The position numbers and the translations under genes were made by a program. 6,929 nt of DNA. Origin: a virus. Its lineage: Duplodnaviria; Heunggongvirae; Uroviricota; Caudoviricetes. Within the stretch, counting starts at the first letter, position 1; every line of letters starts with the position of its first letter. A model generated the notes under the pieces. It ran no database searches. It had not been told where the DNA came from and was given only the letters and a program-made list of their open reading frames with translations. The stretch lies in the IMG/VR virus record IMGVR_UViG_2751185958_000012; one strand, written 5' to 3'. Positions 1 to 6,929 of the stretch are shown here, in pieces.

Positions 1-82
1 GTAGCTGAACAGGAGGGACAGCTGATAGAAACAGAAGCCACTGGAGCACCTCAAAAACACCATCATACACTAAATCAGTAAG

Positions 83-112
83 TTGGCAGCATCACCGGCT
101 GGCTGCTATGAT
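83..112 (+). promoter_or_regulatory. Putative sigma70 promoter for the ygeR-like gene (-35 TTGGCA 83-88, 18-bp spacer, -10 TATGAT 107-112)
   Basis: Hexamers read directly from the sequence. Spacing is acceptable but not optimal. No experimental support. Confidence 0.3.
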
Positions 113-144
113 AAGGCGTCTTGTTTTTTAAGCGAGGAAAGATT

Positions 145-900
145 TTGAGTGCGGGACGCCTGAATAAAAAATCTCTGGGTATCGTGATGTTGTTATCGGT
201 TGGACTGCTTTTGGCGGGCTGTTCGGGTAGCAAATCATCCGATACAGGAACGTATTCCGGCTCCGTTTACACCGTGAAACGGGGGGATACGCTATATCGT
301 ATTTCGCGCACCACGGGAACCAGCGTAAAAGAACTGGCGCGACTGAACGGCATTTCCCCCCCTTACACCATTGAAGTTGGTCAGAAACTAAAACTGGGTG
401 GGGCGAAAAGTAGCAGTAGTACACGTAAATCAACCGCCAAATCAACGACCAAAACCGCATCGGTTACACCGTCATCAGCGGTACCGAAATCTTCCTGGCC
501 GCCAGTAGGGCAACGTTGTTGGTTATGGCCAACGACAGGGAAAGTTATCATGCCGTATTCGACAGCAGATGGCGGCAATAAAGGGATTGATATCTCAGCT
601 CCACGGGGTACACCTATTTACGCCGCGGGTGCAGGAAAGGTGGTGTATGTGGGCAACCAGCTGCGTGGCTACGGTAATCTCATCATGATTAAACACAGTG
701 AAGATTACATTACGGCTTACGCCCATAATGACACGATGCTGGTAAATAATGGGCAAAGCGTGAAGGCTGGGCAAAAAATCGCCACTATGGGGAGCACGGA
801 TGCGGCATCTGTTCGCCTGCATTTCCAGATTCGTTACCGAGCAACGGCAATTGATCCGCTACGTTACTTGCCGCCGCAGGGCAGCAAGCCAAAATGCTGA
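145..900 (+). CDS. ygeR: LysM-domain / M23 (LytM)-family peptidase-like outer-membrane lipoprotein, YgeR/NlpD-like. A TTG start at 145 gives 251 aa; the six-frame ORF extends to 121.
   Basis: Signal peptide ending in lipobox LLAGC. LysM motif YTVKRGDTLYRISRTTGTSVKELARLNGI. Ser/Thr-rich linker. C-terminal LytM-type domain (GNKGIDI...YGNLIMIKH...AYAHN...RLHFQIRY). GAGG at 133-136 sits 8 nt upstream of TTG 145. The 251-aa length matches my recollection of E. coli YgeR. Confidence 0.88.
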   Translation: MSAGRLNKKSLGIVMLLSVGLLLAGCSGSKSSDTGTYSGSVYTVKRGDTLYRISRTTGTSVKELARLNGISPPYTIEVGQKLKLGGAKSSSSTRKSTAKSTTKTASVTPSSAVPKSSWPPVGQRCWLWPTTGKVIMPYSTADGGNKGIDISAPRGTPIYAAGAGKVVYVGNQLRGYGNLIMIKHSEDYITAYAHNDTMLVNNGQSVKAGQKIATMGSTDAASVRLHFQIRYRATAIDPLRYLPPQGSKPKC

Positions 901-934
901 TGGCGAATTAATCAGCAGTCAGCAGCGCGGCACT

Positions 935-962
935 TGCTAAGGAGAGCGTAAGGTTTATAATG
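935..962 (+). promoter_or_regulatory. Putative sigma70 promoter for the tRNA gene (-35 TTGCTA 935-940, 16-bp spacer, perfect -10 TATAAT 957-962)
   Basis: Read directly from the sequence. The -10 hexamer lies 16 bp upstream of the mature tRNA 5' end at 979. Confidence 0.5.
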
Positions 963-978
963 CCTTACGCATCTCGAA

Positions 979-1052
979 GCGGGCGTAGTTCAATGGTAGA
1001 ACGAGAGCTTCCCAAGCTCTATACGAGGGTTCGATTCCCTTCGCCCGCTCCA
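979..1052 (+). tRNA. glyU: tRNA-Gly, anticodon CCC, 74 nt including encoded CCA
   Basis: Cloverleaf folded by hand. Acceptor stem GCGGGCG (979-985) pairs with CGCCCGC (1042-1048). D stem GTTC/GAAC. Anticodon stem AGAGC/GCTCT with loop TTCCCAA, anticodon CCC at 1011-1013. T-loop TTCGATTC. Discriminator T then CCA at 1050-1052. Confidence 0.95.
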
Positions 1053-1186
1053 TGACACTTCTTAAAGTTCAATAACTTACTGAATCCTAAGGGATACGGC
1101 TTAAAGCCTTCCGAGAGTTTTACTCACTGTAACCAACACTGTGACTAACTTTGTTGAAGTAGTGAGCAGACCTAAGGTCTCAGTAC

Positions 1187-3465
<2,279 letters not shown>

Positions 3466-3471
3466 AGGGGG

Positions 3472-3494
3472 ACTAAACTATCACTATAGGGAGA
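3472..3494 (+). promoter_or_regulatory. T7-class promoter-like sequence P2: ACTAAACTATCACTATA|GGGAGA, +1 at 3489
   Basis: The 14-mer TCACTATAGGGAGA is identical to T7 consensus positions -8 to +6. The upstream specificity region (-12 to -9, ACTA) differs from T7 (CGAC). Lies 29 bp downstream of P1 on the same strand. Confidence 0.7.
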
Positions 3495-3845
3495 GACCCT
3501 AAGTCCCCCCGGCTTAATACAGCCACCGACCCACACATTCATTAAATCTCAGGCTTCCGGTAGCGGACCGATTGGAAACCATCCGCAATAAGCCTAGTGT
3601 TAAATCACCTTGGCCTGAGACCATTCCCTTTAACGTAGCAATCTCTCTCCTTTGACAGGCGGAGAACATCAGACCTCAGCGGAACTTCCGTCTATGAGAC
3701 CATCGGTGTGCGAGATTGTGAAGAACCAAGACATCATTGCTGAGGTCTGCCATCCATTGTGGACAGGCGGAAACTCAAAGAGGTTAGACCAGTAGTGGTG
3801 TCTGAGGTCGGACTTTGAGTCCTGACCAGCAGGCTGGAGGAGACC

Positions 3846-4028
3846 ATGAGTTTATCTTGTTATGGATTGTGTTATCACAATTCCAATAAGAAGAACTTTA
3901 AGTCCAGCCTCCACTCCCGCCAACCCGAAGTAAACTATGGTCGCTATGATGTGGTCTCCATGCTTCGGGTCTTACTGGAAGTACTGAACACTTTCGCGTC
4001 AAGTTCTCCGAAGTTCATTCCTGTTTGA
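3846..4028 (+). CDS. Hypothetical small protein, 60 aa
   Basis: Strong Shine-Dalgarno GGAGGAG (3836-3842) with a 3-nt spacer before ATG 3846. Sits about 360 nt downstream of the tandem phage-type promoters. No recognisable domains; could instead be part of a structured leader RNA. Confidence 0.4.
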   Translation: MSLSCYGLCYHNSNKKNFKSSLHSRQPEVNYGRYDVVSMLRVLLEVLNTFASSSPKFIPV

Positions 4029-4050
4029 CTAAACTATCACTATAGGGACC
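4028..4050 (+). promoter_or_regulatory. T7-class promoter-like sequence P3: ACTAAACTATCACTATA|GGGACC, +1 at 4045
   Basis: A 22-nt exact repeat of P2 (3471-3492 equals 4027-4048, GACTAAACTATCACTATAGGGA). Abuts the stop codon of ORF 3846-4028. Confidence 0.7.
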
Positions 4051-4102
4051 ATATCTCGCCTCTGACCTCCTGAGAGACGGCAAGCGAGAAACCGTGGTCC
4101 AC

Positions 4103-4116
4103 GCTAGCAAGCTAGC
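4103..4116. repeat. 14-bp near-palindromic motif GCTAGCAAGCTAGC, copy 1 (two GCTAGC palindromes separated by AA)
   Basis: Exact 14-mer is repeated at 5503-5516. Copy 1 lies 58 nt downstream of the P3 +1 position. Confidence 0.5.
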
Positions 4117-4364
4117 CACCAGCCTAAGGCAAGACAGCCTCTGGTCAGCCTGTGTGTTCTTTGGTCTCGTGACTTAAGTCTATCACCACACACGCTCGGA
4201 CATGCTGTCGAACCTTCATCTCTATGGTCATCGCAGACCACTAACCCCAATTACCTCAAGTCATTCTGTTTGCGTCCTGTTGCCTGCTGGTCTCCCTTTA
4301 CGTGGGGGCTTGAGTAGGTCAGTGGGGTGCGACTTCAGGGTGCAAACAAAAGGAGTACACGTAA

Positions 4365-4397
4365 ATGACCCAACAAGAAATCAGCGTCATTAACTGA
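4365..4397 (+). pseudogene. Probable native 5' end of the Rha-like gene (MTQQEISVIN), cut off by the IS629-like insertion
   Basis: AAGGAG RBS at 4351-4356 with an 8-nt spacer before ATG 4365. The ORF runs only 10 codons, to a TGA that is the first three bases of the IS terminal repeat (4395-4397). Same reading frame as the downstream Rha-like ORF. Confidence 0.4.
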
Positions 4398-4631
4398 ACC
4401 GCCCCGGGAATCCTGGAGACTAAACTCCCTGAGAAAGAGGTAAACAGGATGACTAAAAATACTCGTTTTTCCCCCGAAGTCCGTCAGAGGGCGATTCGTA
4501 TGGTTCTGGAAAGTCAGGGCGAATATGACTCACAGTGGGCGGCAATTTGTTCCATTGCCCCAAAGATTGGCTGTACACCGGAGACTCTGCGTGTCTGGGT
4601 ACGCCAGCATGAGCGGGATACCGGAGGCGGT
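4395..4631 (+). mobile_element. IS3-family (IS629-like) left-end fragment, about 237 bp: terminal inverted repeat plus the first ~61 codons of orfA
   Basis: Begins TGAACCGCCCCGGGAATCCTGGAGACTAAACTCCC, which matches the IS629/IS1203 left end as I remember it. Encoded N-terminus [61 protein letters not shown] is the HTH part of IS629-type OrfA. Similarity stops near 4631; the breakpoint is placed from memory and is approximate. Confidence 0.75.
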
Positions 4632-5336
4632 TCAAACCTCGACCAGCTTGTCTCCATGACCTCAATTGAAATTGCTGAGCTGACAGGCAAGGAGCACCGA
4701 AATGTCCTGCGTGATATTCGCAATATGGCTGAGGAGCTTAACGCGCTCAAAACTGAGCAGTGCTCAAAACTGAGCAGTCATATCGGGGTGACTAAAGATG
4801 TTTATCTAAACGCGCAGGGGAAACAGCAGCCTCTGTACCGTCTCGACCGTAAGCATACTTTTATTCTGGTCGCTGGCTATTCCGTTCACCTCCGCGCCAA
4901 GTGTTACGACCATATTCAGACGTTAGAGCGTCGAGTCCTTCAACTGGAAGACCAGAAGAAGCGAGCAGCCATTCAGTCTGCTAACCGTCGAGGCGTGACT
5001 TGGGGCGACTACTGCAAAACCTATGATCTACCCGCTCAGAAGCTAATGACCGCACTTCTCCAGCATCGTGGCCTCTTTCGTAAGAACCCAATCAGTAACG
5101 AGTGGTCTGTAAATCCGAAGTATTCCGACTGCTTCCGTATCATTAAGCCGTCTGACCAGAAGTTCTCAGCAGGTGGTTATAACTTTCGCTTCAACGCTAA
5201 GGGATTGGAGGTCTTCGGTAAGCCTGCGATAGTCGATAAACTGCGAGGCATCCTTATTGCCTTCACTGGCACCGACCAGCAGAAGCAAGAGCATCTCCTG
5301 AAGCAGGCCCAATCCGGCAAGCTGGAGGGACTCTAA
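4449..5336 (+). CDS. Chimeric ORF, 295 aa: IS629-like OrfA N-terminus (aa 1-61) fused in frame to a Rha / KilA-C (ANT) phage antirepressor-like protein (aa 62-295)
   Basis: Rha signature [22 protein letters not shown] ... [43 protein letters not shown]-terminal KilA-C/ANT-like segment [44 protein letters not shown]. The start codon and RBS are IS-derived. Confidence 0.8.
   Translation: MTKNTRFSPEVRQRAIRMVLESQGEYDSQWAAICSIAPKIGCTPETLRVWVRQHERDTGGGSNLDQLVSMTSIEIAELTGKEHRNVLRDIRNMAEELNALKTEQCSKLSSHIGVTKDVYLNAQGKQQPLYRLDRKHTFILVAGYSVHLRAKCYDHIQTLERRVLQLEDQKKRAAIQSANRRGVTWGDYCKTYDLPAQKLMTALLQHRGLFRKNPISNEWSVNPKYSDCFRIIKPSDQKFSAGGYNFRFNAKGLEVFGKPAIVDKLRGILIAFTGTDQQKQEHLLKQAQSGKLEGL
4745..4778. repeat. 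Perfect 17-bp tandem direct duplication (GCTCAAAACTGAGCAGT x2) inside the Rha-like ORF
   Basis: Units at 4745-4761 and 4762-4778 are identical. The unit length is not a multiple of three. Confidence 0.9.
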
Positions 5337-5337
5337 G

Positions 5338-5529
5338 ATGATTGACCCGCGCACACCTGAGGGCCGCATGACTCTCCGTTACCGTGGCTACCGGACTGAA
5401 GTCCTCCTCAGAGAGCTTGGTCTAGACCCGGAAGATGAGACCCGCCAGCACCAATCACGAGACGAGCTGATAGTGCAACTGGTCGCTATGAAACTGCCGT
5501 CAGCTAGCAAGCTAGCGCCTAACCGTTAG
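5338..5529 (+). CDS. Hypothetical small protein, 63 aa
   Basis: ATG 5338 lies 1 nt after the upstream stop (TAA 5334-5336). GGAGG at 5324-5328. No recognisable domains. Contains the second copy of the GCTAGCAAGCTAGC motif near its 3' end. Confidence 0.45.
   Translation: MIDPRTPEGRMTLRYRGYRTEVLLRELGLDPEDETRQHQSRDELIVQLVAMKLPSASKLAPNR
5503..5516. repeat. 14-bp near-palindromic motif GCTAGCAAGCTAGC, copy 2
   Basis: Exact repeat of 4103-4116. Confidence 0.5.
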
Positions 5530-5649
5530 CAGCTCACCTACTTAATACCTCATTTTAAACCTTTTGAGATGACCGATGCGGGGAGACGCCGCAGGACTAA
5601 ACACGCCTGTGGTCGACCGATAGTCTCAACCTCAAAGGAGTACCAGCAT

Positions 5650-6141
5650 ATGTTATTCAACAACAACGAATGGAAACTGTCAGTCACCGACATCGACCTT
5701 TACGCAAATACTTGCAAGCTGGACGGTCAGTCCTATCCGTTGTCGCTCGCTATCAAGACCCTCATTCCGGGCTATCTGTCAGGCCTGCCGTCTACCAGCC
5801 GCGAGGCAATGGAGTTACTGGAAGCTCTGGCTGAAGCTGGTGTAGCTATTGGCAACTTCTTCAGTAATGACCTGCTGACCGCCTACCAACGCCGCCAGAT
5901 GAATAAGCGTGTCGAGGCTGAGCGTATCGCTAAAGAGCTGGCGTCTCAGAAAGAGCGTACCCGCGAAATGTTCATGACCGAAGACGAATGGCAGAAAGAG
6001 CTACAGCGCCGCGAACAGGTCAAAGCTGAACGCCGGACATATGGTGAGAACCTCCGCAGTGCTACCCATTCCGCTGGTCGCTCACGTGCATCAATTATGG
6101 CTGACCTCGATAGTGGCGCTAACTGGATGGACAGCTTGTAA
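5650..6141 (+). CDS. Hypothetical protein, 163 aa from ATG 5650 (six-frame ORF begins at 5569); charged, probably coiled-coil C-terminal half
   Basis: AAGGAG at 5634-5639 with a 10-nt spacer before ATG 5650. No RBS precedes the 5569 ATG. Lys/Glu/Arg-rich helical-looking segment RRQMNKRVEAERIAKELASQKERTREMF. No family recognised. Confidence 0.6.
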   Translation: MLFNNNEWKLSVTDIDLYANTCKLDGQSYPLSLAIKTLIPGYLSGLPSTSREAMELLEALAEAGVAIGNFFSNDLLTAYQRRQMNKRVEAERIAKELASQKERTREMFMTEDEWQKELQRREQVKAERRTYGENLRSATHSAGRSRASIMADLDSGANWMDSL

Positions 6142-6224
6142 GCAAGCGACCCTCATCTGAGAACACACGGTCCCTGACTGCCTGTTAGGGACTTCAAGTA
6201 TTTGACTCAAGGAGATTAATTATT

Positions 6225-6479
6225 ATGACCATGACAAAAGACGCTTTACAGTTTGGCATTGAGCCAGTTCGCATTACTGATACTGACAACATGCAGGTAA
6301 ACGAAGGTCTCCCGACTAACGCCGACCCTCAGGTCTATGCCTTCCAGTTAGCTAAGCTGGTGAAGACCATGCTCAATTCTGTACTTAAAGACGCTCAGGA
6401 TAACATTCCGTTCCCTGTAGAAGTCCTGCCGACCCGTAACAGCTTACCGACTCCAATCATTGCTCACACTCTGGCTGGG

Positions 6480-6482
<3 letters not shown>
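6225..6482 (+). CDS. Hypothetical protein, 85 aa; probably a 5' gene fragment truncated by the downstream IS insertion
   Basis: AAGGAG at 6209-6214 upstream of ATG 6225. The stop codon TGA (6480-6482) coincides with the first three bases of the IS3-family terminal repeat TGAAGTGG. Confidence 0.5.

Positions 6483-6929
<447 letters not shown>

Noticed and set aside
121-144. Extended start at 121 for the ygeR-like ORF (MFFKRGKI...)
   Set aside because: The TTG at 145 is preceded by GAGG at the right distance and gives a 251-aa product with the signal peptide near the N-terminus. The 121 start lacks an RBS.
783-793. CACTATGGGGA inside ygeR, resembling the phage promoter core
   Set aside because: It has a mismatch at the critical -1 position, lacks the upstream AAAC/TAT context of P1-P3, and lies inside a host coding sequence. 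Most likely a chance match.
128-822. Minus-strand ORFs 128-460, 381-578 and 595-822 from the six-frame track
   Set aside because: All lie antisense within the well-supported ygeR-like CDS. They have no RBS and atypical composition, and are almost certainly spurious antisense frames.
1169-1181. Small hairpin AGACC-TAA-GGTCT just upstream of the integrase start
   Set aside because: The stem is only 5 bp with no following T-run. It could be an operator or an att-associated site, but is too short to call without comparative data.
4202-4393. Plus-strand ORF 4202-4393 (63 aa, Pro/Arg/Gly-rich)
   Set aside because: No Shine-Dalgarno sequence and a translation that looks like a non-coding artefact. 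It overlaps the RBS and start of the better-supported 4365 remnant ORF in another frame.
4453-4750. Minus-strand ORFs 4453-4665 and 4514-4750
   Set aside because: Antisense to the IS OrfA-derived segment and the Rha-like domain. Spurious.
5166-5369. Minus-strand ORF 5166-5369
   Set aside because: Antisense across the junction of two coupled plus-strand genes. No RBS.
5569-5649. N-terminal extension of ORF 5650-6141 beginning at ATG 5569
   Set aside because: No RBS before 5569 and an Arg-rich extension, whereas ATG 5650 has a canonical AAGGAG. The shorter form is preferred, though the longer cannot be excluded.
6142-6224. Inverted repeat GTCCCT (6170-6175) / AGGGAC (6187-6192) as a terminator
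   Set aside because: A 6-bp stem with an 11-nt loop and no following T-tract is not a convincing intrinsic terminator. It may be a regulatory hairpin but is unsupported.

Overview
The window looks like an Escherichia/Shigella-type chromosome at the ygeR–glyU locus, with a mobile element integrated directly downstream of the tRNA. The left ~1 kb is core: a LysM/M23 lipoprotein gene (ygeR-like, 145-900) and tRNA-Gly(CCC) (979-1052). The element begins with a 535-aa tyrosine integrase (1187-2794) translationally coupled to a Zn-ribbon + DUF4145-like protein (2787-3446). A ~1 kb weakly coding region follows, carrying three T7-class single-subunit-RNA-polymerase promoter-like sequences: two in tandem at 3443-3494 and one at 4028-4050, the last two sharing an identical 22-mer. 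Downstream is a Rha/KilA-C antirepressor-like gene interrupted by an IS629-like left-end fragment (chimeric ORF 4449-5336, containing a perfect 17-bp tandem duplication), then three unknown ORFs, then a second IS3-family element entering from the right edge (6480-6929, minus strand). No phage RNA polymerase gene is present in the window. Leading hypothesis: a tRNA-integrated, helper-dependent element (phage satellite or infection-triggered defence/anti-defence island) whose cargo is wired to T7-like phage RNAP promoters. All homology statements are from reading the translations and from memory; no searches were run.
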